A stretch of DNA of 51,603 nucleotides from positions 1 to 51,603 of the forward strand of contig JBIKSZ010000001.1 in assembly GCA_044348345.1 (NCBI GenBank). The letters are read 5' to 3'. Source of the stretch: Roseomonas sp. Its GTDB lineage: Bacteria > Pseudomonadota > Alphaproteobacteria > Acetobacterales > Acetobacteraceae. Below are positions 18,186 through 35,351 of this stretch, in pieces (within the stretch, counting starts at the first letter, position 1; the number at the start of each line of letters is the position of its first letter). The translations under genes were made by a program, and so were the position numbers. The notes beneath the pieces were generated by a model. That model saw only the letters and a list, made by a program, of their open reading frames with translations, was not told the DNA's origin and ran no database searches.

Positions 18186-18226
18186 CGCAGGCTAGGCTCC
18201 AGGCATCGGGGCGCGCGCGGGCATGG

Positions 18227-19435
18227 TCATGCGCGCGCGAAGCCGAAGAGGTGGGCAAGGTCCTTGAAGAAGATCCGCACATGCGCCATCGGGTCGCGAC
18301 GGACGAGCTCCTTGTTCATGTAGCTCTGCCACGTCAGGCGCTGGACATCCTTGTCCTCGCAGATCTTGACGAATTTCTCCCGCCGCTTGTCGGAGGAGTA
18401 CCAGAAGTACTGCATGATCCCGAGGATCCAGAACACGCGGCCGTGCTGCTTCATGAAGCGCTTCCGCGCGAGGCCGAGTGCGGCCGGGTTGCGCGTGGCG
18501 CAGAATGCCTCGGCGGCCTCGGCGGCCAGGCGACCGCCGAGCATCGCGTAGTAGATCCCCTCGCCGGAGGCAGGCGCGACGACGCCGGCGGCATCGCCGG
18601 CCAGCAGCACATCCTTGCCATTGTCCCATTTGCGCAGCGGCTTCAGCGGAATGGGCGCGCCTTCGTGGCGAATGGTCCGCATCTTGTCGAAGCCCGTCGC
18701 CTTGCGCAGTTCCGCCACCGATCCGCGCAGCGAGAAGCCCTTGTGCATGGACCCCGTCCCGATGCTGACGGTGTGGCCGTGCGGGAAGATCCAGGCATAG
18801 AAATCGGGCGAGAGCTTGCCCTGGTAATACACGTCGCAACGCTTGTCGTCGTAGTTGGGAACCGCCGCGGCCTGGCCGTGCGGCGCCTCGACGATCTCGT
18901 GATAGGCGAAGACGCATTTCACCTTGTCGGCGCCCGGCACGGCCTGCTTGCCGACCTGGCTGCGCGCGCCATCGGCGCCGATGACCAGGCGCGCGCGGAC
19001 ACGCTCCAGCGGGGCGGTGGTGGCGGCGCCCTTCGGGAGATACTCCACCACGGCGGTGCCATCCGGATCGCGGCTCAGCGCTTCGAAGCTGCCAGTGGCG
19101 CGGACGGCGCCGGCTTCGGCGGCCCGTTTGCGCAGGAACTCATCGAAGACGTCGCGATCCACCATGCCGACATAGCCGCCGGTGTCGATCGGCATGTCCA
19201 CTTCCTTGTCGGACGGGGACACCATGCGGGCCGAGGTGATGCGGGCGACGAGCAGGCTCGCCGGAATATCGAAGTCGCGGATCAGCCGCGGCGGAATGGC
19301 GCCGCCGCAGGGCTTGATGCGCCCGGCCTTGTCGAGCAGCAGGACGGAGCGGCCATTGCGCGCCAGGTCATGCGCCGCGGTGGCACCGGAAGGACCGCCG
19401 CCCACAATGACGACATCGAAGGTGTCGGTGGTCAT
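18227..19435 (-). CDS. bchP: Geranylgeranyl reductase
   Basis: VGGGPSG, IKPCGGAIPPR, GDAAGVVAPASGEGIYYA; start at ATG 19435. Confidence 0.95.
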   Translation of the reverse strand: MTTDTFDVVIVGGGPSGATAAHDLARNGRSVLLLDKAGRIKPCGGAIPPRLIRDFDIPASLLVARITSARMVSPSDKEVDMPIDTGGYVGMVDRDVFDEFLRKRAAEAGAVRATGSFEALSRDPDGTAVVEYLPKGAATTAPLERVRARLVIGADGARSQVGKQAVPGADKVKCVFAYHEIVEAPHGQAAAVPNYDDKRCDVYYQGKLSPDFYAWIFPHGHTVSIGTGSMHKGFSLRGSVAELRKATGFDKMRTIRHEGAPIPLKPLRKWDNGKDVLLAGDAAGVVAPASGEGIYYAMLGGRLAAEAAEAFCATRNPAALGLARKRFMKQHGRVFWILGIMQYFWYSSDKRREKFVKICEDKDVQRLTWQSYMNKELVRRDPMAHVRIFFKDLAHLFGFARA

Positions 19436-19448
19436 GCCCTGCCCTTCC

Positions 19449-20777
19449 TCAAGACGCCGCCGTGGCGGCATGGCTGAAACCCTCGGGGCGTGATGGCGCC
19501 GCCTTGCCGATGCGCAGCGCCAGCGCAGCGGCCAGCACGAACAGGCCGGCATCGGCCAGGAACACGACGCCATAACCACCGGCCACGCTGCCTGTGGCCA
19601 ACCGGCCAAGATCGAGGATCACGGTGCCAAGGAAGCCACCGAGCCCGAAGGCGATCGCTTGCGCGGCACCGAACATGCCCATCCGGACGCCTTCGCGTCC
19701 TGGGCGGCCGCTGGCGACCAGTTGCATCATCGCGGCGATGGCAGCAGCGGCGAAGCTGCCATTGGCCACGCCGAGCAGGAAGAAGGCCGTCCGCAGCGGG
19801 AAGGCCTCCCCGGTGCGATCGGCGAAGGCCAGGGCGATCAGCGCAGCGCAGGCCATCAGGCATCCGCCGACGATCCATCCGCGGAGCGCCGGCAGGCCAC
19901 CTTTCGTGAGGCTGCCGACCACGGCCACCAGGATCATGCCAGCCAGCACACCGCCATGCTGAAGCGAGGACAGCCGCGTGGATTCGCCGAGCGTCATGCC
20001 GAACACCGCGCCAGCAAACGGCTCCAGGATCAGGTCCTGCGCGCTGTAGGCGAGCATCGAGATGAAGACGAAGATGGTGAAGTGGCGCGCGACGGGCTCG
20101 TCCCAGACCTCGCGCAGCGCCACGCGGAAGGGCGTGCGCGGCGCCGCCGTGGCTGCCCGCGCTGTCCCGCGCCCCTCGATGCCGATGATCGCGAGCAGGC
20201 TGACAAGGAAGGCGATCAGCGCAACGGCGGCCGTGATGGCGATGAGCCGCTCCGGCGAATAGGGGTCGAGCAGGCGGCCGGTCGTGGCTGTCGTCACCAC
20301 GAAGCCGGCGATCATCATGATCCACACGATGGAGGCGGCGGCCGGCTTGCGCGCCGGCGCGACGCGGGCGGCCAGCAGAACAAGCAGCGACGTGCCGGCC
20401 GCACCCACGCCAAGGCCGACCAGGATAAAGGCCACGGCCGCCAGCGCGATGCCGGCGATGGGCGCCGTGCCCATCCAGGCGGTGGCCGCGGCGGCCAGCA
20501 CGCCGCCCACGCCGAGCACGGCCATGCCGCCGATAATCCACGGTGTCCGGCGCCCGCCCTGGTCGGAGCCATGCCCGAGCCGCGGGCGCAGCATCTGCAC
20601 CGCGTAATGCAGCGCGACCAGCGCGCCCGGCACCATCGCCGGCAGCGCGTGTTCCACGATCATGATGCGGTTCAGCGCGGCCGTGGTCAGCACGACGATG
20701 GCGCCGAGCGACGTCTGCACCAGGCCAACCCTGAGGATGCCAAGCCAGCCGAGCGGCGTTGCCTGCTGGTCGCTCAT
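19449..20777 (-). CDS. PucC/BCD-family MFS protein (bch2) between bchG and bchP
   Basis: LNRIMIVEHALP, GRRTPWIIGG, QDLILEPFAG; ATG 20777 overlaps the bchG stop. Confidence 0.9.
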   Translation of the reverse strand: MSDQQATPLGWLGILRVGLVQTSLGAIVVLTTAALNRIMIVEHALPAMVPGALVALHYAVQMLRPRLGHGSDQGGRRTPWIIGGMAVLGVGGVLAAAATAWMGTAPIAGIALAAVAFILVGLGVGAAGTSLLVLLAARVAPARKPAAASIVWIMMIAGFVVTTATTGRLLDPYSPERLIAITAAVALIAFLVSLLAIIGIEGRGTARAATAAPRTPFRVALREVWDEPVARHFTIFVFISMLAYSAQDLILEPFAGAVFGMTLGESTRLSSLQHGGVLAGMILVAVVGSLTKGGLPALRGWIVGGCLMACAALIALAFADRTGEAFPLRTAFFLLGVANGSFAAAAIAAMMQLVASGRPGREGVRMGMFGAAQAIAFGLGGFLGTVILDLGRLATGSVAGGYGVVFLADAGLFVLAAALALRIGKAAPSRPEGFSHAATAAS

Positions 20778-21691
20778 GGCTGCGCGCCCGGTGCCAGGGC
20801 GATGGAGCACGCCATCATGCCCGCCACGAACAGGGTCACGCCGGTGCCATTGTACCAGGGCGCCAGGGCGCGGGGCTCAGTCAGCCAGCGCCGCATGGCG
20901 AGCAGCTGCAGCGCAACCAGCCCCGCCACGATCGTCGCGGCGAGCCCATGCCCCCAGACCGCGAGCAGCACCGCGACAATCACCTGCGGCACGGCCATCA
21001 CAAGGCAGGCCGCATGGGCCGCGCGCTCCGCCCCCAGCAGCACGGGCAGGGAATTCACGCCGAAGCGCCGGTCGCCCTCGATGGATTTGAAGTCGTTGAG
21101 CGTCATGATGCCGTGCGCGCCAAGGCCATACAGCAGCGCCACGGCGGCAACCCGCGGATCCGGCGCGGTGGCGGACAGCACGGCCGCCGCGGTCACCCAG
21201 GGCAGTGTCTCGTAGCTGAGGCCGCAGGCGAGATTGCCCCACCAGCCATTCTGCTTCAGCCGCAGCGGGGGCGCGCTGTAGGCCCAGGCGAGGAGGCAGG
21301 CGAGCACCGTCGCCGCGAAGCCCCAGGGCCCGAGCAGCGCGCCAACGCCGAGCGACACCGCGGTCCAACCGATCGCCACATACAGGCCCCAGCGCCCGGG
21401 CATCCGCCCCGAGGGAATGGGGCGGTTGGGCTCGTTCACCGCGTCCACATGGCGGTCGAACCAATCATTCACCGCCTGGCTCATGCCGCAGACGAGCGGG
21501 CCAGCCAGCAGGATGCCGAGGATCGCCTGCGGCCAGGCCTGCGCCAGCGACGCGCCGGAGGCGACAACGCCGCAGGCGAAGGCCCACATCGGCGGGAACC
21601 AGGTGATCGGCTTCAGCAGCTCCAGGACGACCCGTGGAGAGGGCCGTGCCGGAGCCGCACGCGAAGCGGAGAGATGTGCCTGTTGCGCCAT
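20774..21691 (-). CDS. bchG: Bacteriochlorophyll synthase
   Basis: LLKPITWFPPMWA, NDWFDRHVDAVNEPNRPIPSGR, NDFKSIEGD; start at ATG 21691. Confidence 0.95.
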   Translation of the reverse strand: MAQQAHLSASRAAPARPSPRVVLELLKPITWFPPMWAFACGVVASGASLAQAWPQAILGILLAGPLVCGMSQAVNDWFDRHVDAVNEPNRPIPSGRMPGRWGLYVAIGWTAVSLGVGALLGPWGFAATVLACLLAWAYSAPPLRLKQNGWWGNLACGLSYETLPWVTAAAVLSATAPDPRVAAVALLYGLGAHGIMTLNDFKSIEGDRRFGVNSLPVLLGAERAAHAACLVMAVPQVIVAVLLAVWGHGLAATIVAGLVALQLLAMRRWLTEPRALAPWYNGTGVTLFVAGMMACSIALAPGAQP

Positions 21692-21701
21692 CGCCGCCCC
21701 C

Positions 21702-23123
21702 TCAGCCGTCCGTCTCGTCGTCGGAGGCGAGGTCGCCAAGCCCGTAGCGGCGGAGCTTGACGTAAAGGCTCTGCCGGCTGAGCCCAAGCATCTCGGCCGC
21801 GGAGGCGCGGTTGTCGCCCGTCAGGTTGAGCGCCGCTTCGATGCAAAGCCGCTCGATCGCGTCGGTCGCCTCGCGGACCAGGTCGCGCAGCGGCACGCGC
21901 CCGATGAGCTCGGTCAGCTGCTCGACCGAACGCGTCGTGCCCTCGCCGATACGTGCGGCGGGGCGGATGCGCGGCCCGATATCGCGGATCGAGAAGCCGT
22001 AATGGGTCTCCCCGCTGCCGGTCACGGCGGCAGCGGAGATCTCGGCCTCCGTCACCGCGCCGAGCTCGCCGCGGAGCGTGCTGTTGTAGAGCCGCACGGA
22101 GCCCCGGGTGCGCAGCGTGGCCAGCAGCACCTCGAACTCCACGCCCTGCTGCCCGAGCCAGCGGTCGAGCGACAGGCCGCGCAGCTGCTCATCGCCGCCC
22201 AGCTGCACCATGTCGAGGAAGGCCGGGTTGGCGCTGATGATGCGCCCATCCGCATCGGTGACGACGAACGCATCCGGCACGCCTTCGAGGGCCCGGAGCA
22301 GCCCGGCCCGGGCATCGCCGGCCTCGGTGCCCTCGATCTCGCCTTCGGGTGACCCGAGGCGGACCAGGATCAACAGCCCGCCTTCCTGGCGGAAGGTCGA
22401 GGCGGAGAGCGCAAGCGCGGGCCCATCATCGGCCAGGCGGACGCGCAGATCCGCCTTGCGGCCGGCGCTGCGCAAGGTGGCCAGAAGCGGCTGCCGGTCC
22501 TCGGGCGTGAACAGCTCGGCCAGGGGCCGTCCCTGGATGCGGCGCGCCGTGTCGGCAAACAGGCGCTGCGCGGCGGGATTGGCCTCCAGCACGCGCAGCG
22601 ATTCGGCATCCAGCACAAGCAGCGGATCGCCGGACATCTGGAACAGCAGCCGGTATCGCGTCTCGGCCTGGCGGAGGCGCGAATAGTCGCGCTCCATGGA
22701 TTGCTGAACTTCGACAAGCCGCTGCTGCAGCTGCGACAGGGGGCGGAGATCGCGGCCGAAGACAACCCGGCGCCCGGCCCGCCCGAGCGGGGAGACGGCG
22801 CACAGGATCGGCAGCGCGGTGCCTTCGCGCGACAGGTGGTTCACATGCCGCCAGCGCGGCGCGTCCTTCTGCGTCGTGCCGCCGAGAAGGGCCTGCACCT
22901 TGACGCGGCTTTCCTGCGCGACCGTGTCGATCCAGGGGCGGCCGACCCAGCTTTCTGCAACATCCAGGTCGCGCGCCAGATCGTCGCTGCCGAAGCCGAC
23001 GTCCCGGATGGAGCCTGCTTCATCCAGCACGAGGGCGAAGTCCGCCGACGCCACCACCAGCCCGGCTGCGACATCCGCATCCAGGTGGCCCAACGACGTC
23101 TGTGCGGTCCTCAATGCTTTCAC
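21702..23123 (-). CDS. ppsR: Transcriptional regulator PpsR/CrtJ
   Basis: Q-linker QQRLVEVQQSMERDY, PAS domains, C-terminal IERLCIEAAL...LSRQSLYVKLRRYG with the redox Cys retained. Confidence 0.95.
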   Translation of the reverse strand: MKALRTAQTSLGHLDADVAAGLVVASADFALVLDEAGSIRDVGFGSDDLARDLDVAESWVGRPWIDTVAQESRVKVQALLGGTTQKDAPRWRHVNHLSREGTALPILCAVSPLGRAGRRVVFGRDLRPLSQLQQRLVEVQQSMERDYSRLRQAETRYRLLFQMSGDPLLVLDAESLRVLEANPAAQRLFADTARRIQGRPLAELFTPEDRQPLLATLRSAGRKADLRVRLADDGPALALSASTFRQEGGLLILVRLGSPEGEIEGTEAGDARAGLLRALEGVPDAFVVTDADGRIISANPAFLDMVQLGGDEQLRGLSLDRWLGQQGVEFEVLLATLRTRGSVRLYNSTLRGELGAVTEAEISAAAVTGSGETHYGFSIRDIGPRIRPAARIGEGTTRSVEQLTELIGRVPLRDLVREATDAIERLCIEAALNLTGDNRASAAEMLGLSRQSLYVKLRRYGLGDLASDDETDG

Positions 23124-23225
23124 GCGGCATCCCGTCCTTCATCTCCGGGGACCCCATCGCAGAAACGTCCTCCTGGTCATCTGTCGCTGGTCTTGCGCCT
23201 TCGGCGCATGCTGAGCGGCGGGTGA

Positions 23226-24173
23226 TCAGGTCTCCTGTACGAGTAAAGCGAGCAGAGCCTCGGCCTGCAGGACGGCCTGCTGGCCGTCGCAGGCCGTCGC
23301 GTCGGCGCCGACCAGCACGGCAAGCTCCGGCTGCGCGACGAAGATGTTGCCGCCGACCAGGATGCCGATCTGCGGATTCCGCGATGCCCGGCGCACCTCC
23401 CGGATGAGGCTTGCCAGGGCATCCAGCCGGGTTTCGTCGGCCAGGGTGAAGCCGACGACGCTGAAGGGCTGCGCCCGGACCGTTGCCACCAGTTCGCTGG
23501 CGCTGGTGCCGGTGCCGCTGCTGACCACCCAGCCTTGGCGGCGAAAGAACTCACCGACCATGGCCAGCCCGAAGCTGTGCTGTTCCCCCGGCACCGGCGC
23601 CAGCAGAACCCGCTTGTCCGTCGGGCGTCCGCTGGCGCGCGTCCTGCCGGACTGGCTGCTGTCGAGCAGCAGCTGCTGCAGGCAGCACAGGCCGATCGTG
23701 ACACTCGCGAAGTCGCAGAGATCGGCTTCCCACAACGCGCCGAGGTGCCGCGCGGTCGGGGCGAACAGCTCAAGATAGATGCGCTGCGTCGGCACATGCC
23801 GCGCGCGCAGGGTGCCGACGAAGGCCGCGGCGGCGGCGACATCGCCCTTGATCGCATGGGCGGTCAGCGTTTCGACATCCTGTTGGGTCGGCCCTGGCCG
23901 GTCGGCATCGGCGCGATGGCTCGGGCCGGCTGCCGCGCGTCGCGACAGGATAAGCCGGGGGATCACCTCGGATTCGAGCGCCCTGGCCAGCAGGGCGACG
24001 CGCCGATGGTCGGCGCCATGCTCGCCCGGCAGCCGGCCGCCAACCGCCTCGCCGCGCTGGGCGGAGGATCCAGCTCCGGCCGAGGCCGGGTCGGACAGGG
24101 CGGTGAGGGTGAACGATCCGGCTTCGGTCATGTCAGCCCGGGGTGCTCCAGCGACCAGGGTTTTCGAGGTCAT
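23226..24173 (-). CDS. ppaA: B12-binding photoregulator PpaA/AerR
   Basis: ARHLGALWEADLCDF and PGEQHSFG (E-x-H-x-x-G), directly upstream of ppsR; ATG 24173 has a GGAGAGG RBS. Confidence 0.9.
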   Translation of the reverse strand: MTSKTLVAGAPRADMTEAGSFTLTALSDPASAGAGSSAQRGEAVGGRLPGEHGADHRRVALLARALESEVIPRLILSRRAAAGPSHRADADRPGPTQQDVETLTAHAIKGDVAAAAAFVGTLRARHVPTQRIYLELFAPTARHLGALWEADLCDFASVTIGLCCLQQLLLDSSQSGRTRASGRPTDKRVLLAPVPGEQHSFGLAMVGEFFRRQGWVVSSGTGTSASELVATVRAQPFSVVGFTLADETRLDALASLIREVRRASRNPQIGILVGGNIFVAQPELAVLVGADATACDGQQAVLQAEALLALLVQET

Positions 24174-24215
24174 CGCCCTCTCCCGTGAATGAACTGTCAG
24201 GTCCGCGGTCGCGAA

Positions 24216-24249
24216 TGTCAATCCCGATTTACGTCAATGATGCTTGACA
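24216..24249. promoter_or_regulatory. Two overlapping PpsR-type sites in the ppaA/bchF divergent region
   Basis: TGTCAAtcccgaTTTACG (24216-24233) and CGTCAAtgatgcTTGACA (24232-24249), each one mismatch from TGT-N12-ACA. The TTGACA at 24244 is followed by TAGCCT at 24268. Confidence 0.7.
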
Positions 24250-24437
24250 CTCGGTCGGCGGGCTCGGTAGCCTCTCTCCATGACGCGCGGTGGGGAGAGA
24301 GAAGTGAAAACCTGTCCTACCTCCGCGCAACGAGCCTTCGTCGGGTCCACGGTAACGCTCGGGAAGCGTTGCCTGCGGCCGGCGGATGGGCCCGCACCGA
24401 TGCCAGCGGACTGCCATTGACTGGGGGTTGTCAAGCA

Positions 24438-26293
<1,856 letters not shown>

Positions 26294-26294
26294 C

Positions 26295-27867
26295 ATGCAG
26301 CTCGCGGTCTGGACCTACGAAGGCCCGCCACATGTGGGCGCCATGCGAATCGCCACCGCGATGCGCGGCGTCCACTACGTCCTGCATGCGCCGCAGGGCG
26401 ACACCTATGCCGATCTGCTCTTCACCATGATCGAGCGGCGGGCCGCGCGCCCGCCTGTCACCTACACCACCTTCCAGGCGCGCGATCTTGGCGGCGACAC
26501 GGCAGAACTGCTCAAGGCCGCGGCGCGCGATGCCTATGAGCGCTTCCGGCCGGAGGCGATGCTGGTCGGTGCCTCCTGCACGGCAGAGCTGATCCAGGAC
26601 GATCCGGGTGGCCTGGCGAAGACGCTCGGCCTGCCCGTGCCCGTCGTGCCGCTGGAGTTGCCCTCCTATCAGCGGAAGGAGAATTGGGGCGCGTCGGAGA
26701 CCTTCTACCAGCTCGTGCGCGCCTGCGCCGGCCCCCATGTGCCGCCGCCAGGCACGCCGCGGCCGGCGCGCGCGCCCGGCCGGGCGCCGCGCTGCAATCT
26801 GCTAGGCCCGACTGCGCTGGGCTTCCGCCATCGCGACGATGTGGCGGAGATCCAGAAGCTGCTGGAGGCGATGGGGATCGAGGTTTCGGTCGTGGCGCCG
26901 CTTGGCGCGTCGCCGGCCGACCTCGCGCGGCTGGGCGATGCCGATTTCAACGTCGTCCTCTACCCGGAGATCGCAGGCCAGGTCGCGTCCTGGCTGAAGC
27001 GCAGCTTTGGCCAGCCGAGCACCACCCAGATCCCGATCGGCGTCGCCGCCACGCGCCGCTTCGTCGCGGAGGTCGCAACCCTCGCCGGGCTGTCCGCCGA
27101 GGGCCATGAGGCGGCGCTGCGCATGCCCTGGTATTCGAAGTCGGTCGACAGCACCTACCTGACCGGCAAGCGGGTCTTCATCTTCGGCGATGCGACGCAT
27201 GCCGTTGCAGCAGCGCGGATCGCGCAGGATGAATTCGCCTTCGAGGTGGTCGGGCTCGGCACCTATAGCCGCGAATTCGCGCGCGAGGTGCGGGAGGCCG
27301 CCAAGCCCCTCGGCCTCGAGCCGCTGATCACCGACGATTACCTCGATGTGGAGAAGGCCATCACGGCCCTGCAGCCGGAGCTCGTGCTCGGGACGCAGAT
27401 GGAGCGCCATATCGCCAAGCGCCTTGGTGTCCCCTGCGCGGTCATCTCCGCGCCGGTGCATGTGCAGGACTTCCCGGCGCGTCATTCGCCGCAGATGGGC
27501 TTCGAGGGTGCGAACGTGCTGTTCGACACCTGGGTGCACCCCCTGATGATGGGGCTTGAGGAACATCTGCTCGCGATGTTCCGCGACGATTTCGAATTCA
27601 ACGATGGCGCCAAGCCCTCGCACCTCGGTGGTGGTGCGCAGGTGGCGCAAGAGCTGGGCAACGGGGGGGCGCCCGCCGCGCCGCCCTTGCCCGCGCCCGC
27701 AGCGGTGACTCCCCACGCCGCTGCGGGCGACCCTGTGTCCTGGGGTCCGGATGCGGAAAAGGAGCTGAAGAAGATCCCCTTCTTCGTCCGCGGCAAGGCT
27801 CGGCGCAACACGGAACGCTTCGCGGCTGAGCGCGGCGTGGGCGTGATCACGATCGAGACGCTGTACG

Positions 27868-27893
<26 letters not shown>
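26295..27893 (+). CDS. bchB: DPOR subunit B
   Basis: [25 protein letters not shown]-terminal PCP-red domain [15 protein letters not shown]. Confidence 0.96.
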
Positions 27894-32407
<4,514 letters not shown>

Positions 32408-32408
<1 letters not shown>

Positions 32409-33109
32409 TGCCCACAGCGACCTACCAGACGCGCCGTGGCGAGCTGCACGAATACTTCGACCGGACGGCGATCCGCGCCTGGGAACGCCTGACCTCGGAT
32501 GCGCCGGTCTCCGGTATCCGGGCGACGGTGCGTGCCGGGCGGGATGCCATGCGCGCCACGCTGTTGTCCTGGCTTCCCGCGGACCTCACCGGGCGGCGCG
32601 TGCTGGATGCGGGCTGCGGCACCGGCGCGCTGGCGGTGGAGGCCGCGAAGCGCGGCGCCGAGGTGGTCGCGGTGGATATCGCGCCCGGGCTGATCGAGAT
32701 CGCACGCCAGCGCATCGGGCAGATCCCTGGCCCGGGCCGTGTCGAATTCCTTGCGGGCGACATGTTCGACCCGGCGCTGGGCCGCTTCGATCATGTCGTG
32801 GCGATGGACAGCCTGATCCACTACCGCGCCGAGGATATCGTGCGCGTTCTGGCCGGGCTGGCTGACCGCACGGAGGCCTCGCTCGCCTTCACCTTCGCGC
32901 CGCGGACGGCGCTGCTGTCGGTGATGCATGCCGCCGGCCGCTTCTTCCCGCGCGGCGACCGTGCGCCTGCCATCGCGCCGGTGGGCGAGGCTACGCTGCG
33001 CAACCTCATCCAGCGGGAGCCGGGCCTGCAGGGCTTCGGCACCGGGCGCCACCGGCGCATCGCATCCGGCTTCTACACCTCCCATGCGATGGAGTTGTGC
33101 CGCCGATGA
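32408..33109 (+). CDS. bchM: Mg-protoporphyrin IX methyltransferase
   Basis: YFDRTA, LDAGCGTG, MDSLIHY, FTFAPRT. Confidence 0.95.
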
Positions 33110-34545
33110 ACCGGATCGAGGCACGCATGGCGCGCGTCTGGACGCGGGTGGGAAGCCACCTGCTGCCATTCGCCGATGCGTCCTCTCCGGGGCTGCCCTG
33201 GTCGCGGCTGCTGCGGCTTTCGCTGTTCCAGATCTCTTGCGGCATGACGGCCGTGCTGCTCATCGGCACGCTGAACCGGGTGATGATTGTCGAGCTGCAT
33301 GTGGCGGCCGGCCTCGTGGCCGTCATGCTGGCCCTGCCGCTGATCTTCGCGCCGCTGCGCGCGCTGATCGGCTTCCGCTCCGACACCTATCGCTCGCTGC
33401 TGGGGTGGCGACGCGTGCCCTATATCTGGCTGGGCACGGTGATCCAGTTCGGCGGGCTGGCGATGATGCCCTTCGCGCTGATCGTGCTGTCTGGCGATAC
33501 CTGGGCGCCAGCCTGGGTGGCGCAGGCCTCGGCTGCCATTGCCTTCCTGATGGTGGGCGCTGGGATGCACACCGTGCAGACGGTGGGCCTCGCGTTGGCG
33601 ACCGACCTCGCGCCGCGGGAGTCGCAGCCCAATGTGGTCGCCGTGTTGTCGCTCATGCTGCTGGTCGGCATGGTGATCGCGGCCATCGGCTTCGGGCTGT
33701 TCCTGGCCGATTTCAGCCAGCTCCGGCTGATCCAGGTCATCCAGGGCTGCGCCGCAATGACGCTGATCCTGAACTTCATCGCCATGTGGAAGCAGGAAGC
33801 GCGCAACCCCGACCGCACCCGCGGCGCGCAGGCGTCGGATCCGGGCTTCGTGGAAAGCCTGCGACAGCTGCGCGCGTCCGGGCCCTGGGATCGCCGCCTG
33901 GTGGCTGCGGCGTGCGGCTTTGCCGGATTCGCGATGCAGGATGTGCTGCTTGAGCCCTATGGCGGGCAAATCCTGGGGCTCAGCGTTGGCGCGACCACGG
34001 GCCTCACCGCCCTGCTGGCGGGTGGGAGTGCCATCGGTTTCGTCGCGGGTGCGCGCTGGCTGTCCGATGGCGCCGATGCGCATCGGCTGTCGGCTTATGG
34101 GTCGCTGATGGGCATCTTCGCCTTCGGCCTCGTCATCCTGTCGGGCCTTGTTGAATACGCGCCGCTCTTCGCGCTGAGCGTCATCTGCATCGGGCTCGGC
34201 GCGGGGCTCTTTGCCCATGCGACGCTCACCTCCTGCATGCGGCTTGCGCCGCCGCACCAGGTCGGGCTTGCGCTCGGCGTCTGGGGCGCCGTGCAGGCCA
34301 CGGCGGCGGGTCTTGCCATCGCCATCGGCGGCGTCCTCCGCGACCTGCTCGGGGGGCTCGCTGCAAGTGGCGCCCTGGGCGAAGCCCTGTCTGGCCCCGC
34401 GACGGGCTACGTCGCCGTCTACGCTGTCGAGATTGCCTTGTTGTTCATCACCCTGGCCGTGGTCGGTCCGCTCGTGCGTGGCACGAGCGATCCCCGTTCG
34501 CGACCGCAACCGGGATCCGGCATCGCCGGATCTGCCCACGTCTGA
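33106..34545 (+). CDS. lhaA: LH1 assembly protein LhaA (PucC family)
   Basis: LLPFADA, LRLSLFQ, LGWRRVPYIW, QDVLLEPYGG; between bchM and puhA. Confidence 0.92.
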   Translation: MNRIEARMARVWTRVGSHLLPFADASSPGLPWSRLLRLSLFQISCGMTAVLLIGTLNRVMIVELHVAAGLVAVMLALPLIFAPLRALIGFRSDTYRSLLGWRRVPYIWLGTVIQFGGLAMMPFALIVLSGDTWAPAWVAQASAAIAFLMVGAGMHTVQTVGLALATDLAPRESQPNVVAVLSLMLLVGMVIAAIGFGLFLADFSQLRLIQVIQGCAAMTLILNFIAMWKQEARNPDRTRGAQASDPGFVESLRQLRASGPWDRRLVAAACGFAGFAMQDVLLEPYGGQILGLSVGATTGLTALLAGGSAIGFVAGARWLSDGADAHRLSAYGSLMGIFAFGLVILSGLVEYAPLFALSVICIGLGAGLFAHATLTSCMRLAPPHQVGLALGVWGAVQATAAGLAIAIGGVLRDLLGGLAASGALGEALSGPATGYVAVYAVEIALLFITLAVVGPLVRGTSDPRSRPQPGSGIAGSAHV

Positions 34546-34565
34546 GGGATCAACGGAGGTCCACC

Positions 34566-35351
34566 ATGACACCTGCGCCCACACCGGTCTTCCAGGACCT
34601 GGCCGCCTTGTCGCTCTACGCCTTCTTCGCATTCTTCCTTGTGCTGGTGCTGTGGTTGCACCGCGAGGGCAAGCGGGAGGGATACCCGCTGATCTCGGAT
34701 CGGGAGGGCCGCCCCTTGCGCGCCCCGATCGAAGGCTTCCCCGCGACGCCCGACCCGAAGAGCTACATCCTGCCGCATGGCCATGGCACGGTGCACGCGC
34801 CGGCCGCGGGCGAGGAGCGGGACATGACGGGCATCCTGAAGGCCTATGATCCCTTCCCGGGTGCCTCCCAGATCGCATTGGGTGATCCGATGCAGGATGG
34901 TGTCGGCACGGCGTCCTATGCGCTTCGTGCGGATACGCCCGACCTCGACTGGGATCACGGCGCGCCGAAGATCGTGCCGCTGCGCGCCGCGCCCGGCTGG
35001 TACATCCCCGAAGGCGACCCCGAGCTCCGCGGCCGCCCTGTGATGGGCCTCGACAACAAGGTCGCGGCCACGGTGGTGGACCTTTGGGTGGACAAGTCCG
35101 ACGTCCTGCTCCGCTACATCGAGGTGGAAGTCACCGGCAGTGCGAAGCGCGTGCTGATCCCGCTCGGTGTCGTGCGCTGGAGCGGCGAGGGCCCGGTGAA
35201 GGTCGATACCGCGACCTCCGCGCAGATCGCCGCCGCGCCGGTCACGGCGAAGCCGGAGACGGTCACGCTGCGCGAGGAAGACCGGATCAGCGGCTATTTC
35301 GGCGGCGGCGAACTCTATGCCCTGCCGGGCGACGTCGAGTCCTTTGCATGA
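34566..35351 (+). CDS. puhA: Photosynthetic reaction centre H subunit
   Basis: Single N-terminal TM followed by HREGKREGYPL, GDPMQDGVG, DLWVD, VTLREEDRI. Confidence 0.95.
   Translation: MTPAPTPVFQDLAALSLYAFFAFFLVLVLWLHREGKREGYPLISDREGRPLRAPIEGFPATPDPKSYILPHGHGTVHAPAAGEERDMTGILKAYDPFPGASQIALGDPMQDGVGTASYALRADTPDLDWDHGAPKIVPLRAAPGWYIPEGDPELRGRPVMGLDNKVAATVVDLWVDKSDVLLRYIEVEVTGSAKRVLIPLGVVRWSGEGPVKVDTATSAQIAAAPVTAKPETVTLREEDRISGYFGGGELYALPGDVESFA

Noticed and set aside
18192-18917. Alternative-frame ORF suggesting a bchP-hemC fusion or frameshift
   Set aside because: bchP ends normally at 18227, and hemC has its own ATG and a complete N-terminal motif.
24189-24437. ORF-track N-terminal extension of bchF (and similar extensions of bchN, bchB, bchP, bchI, bchX, puhB and tarD)
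   Set aside because: The extensions run through promoters or upstream genes; downstream starts fit RBSs, stop/start overlaps and family N-termini better.
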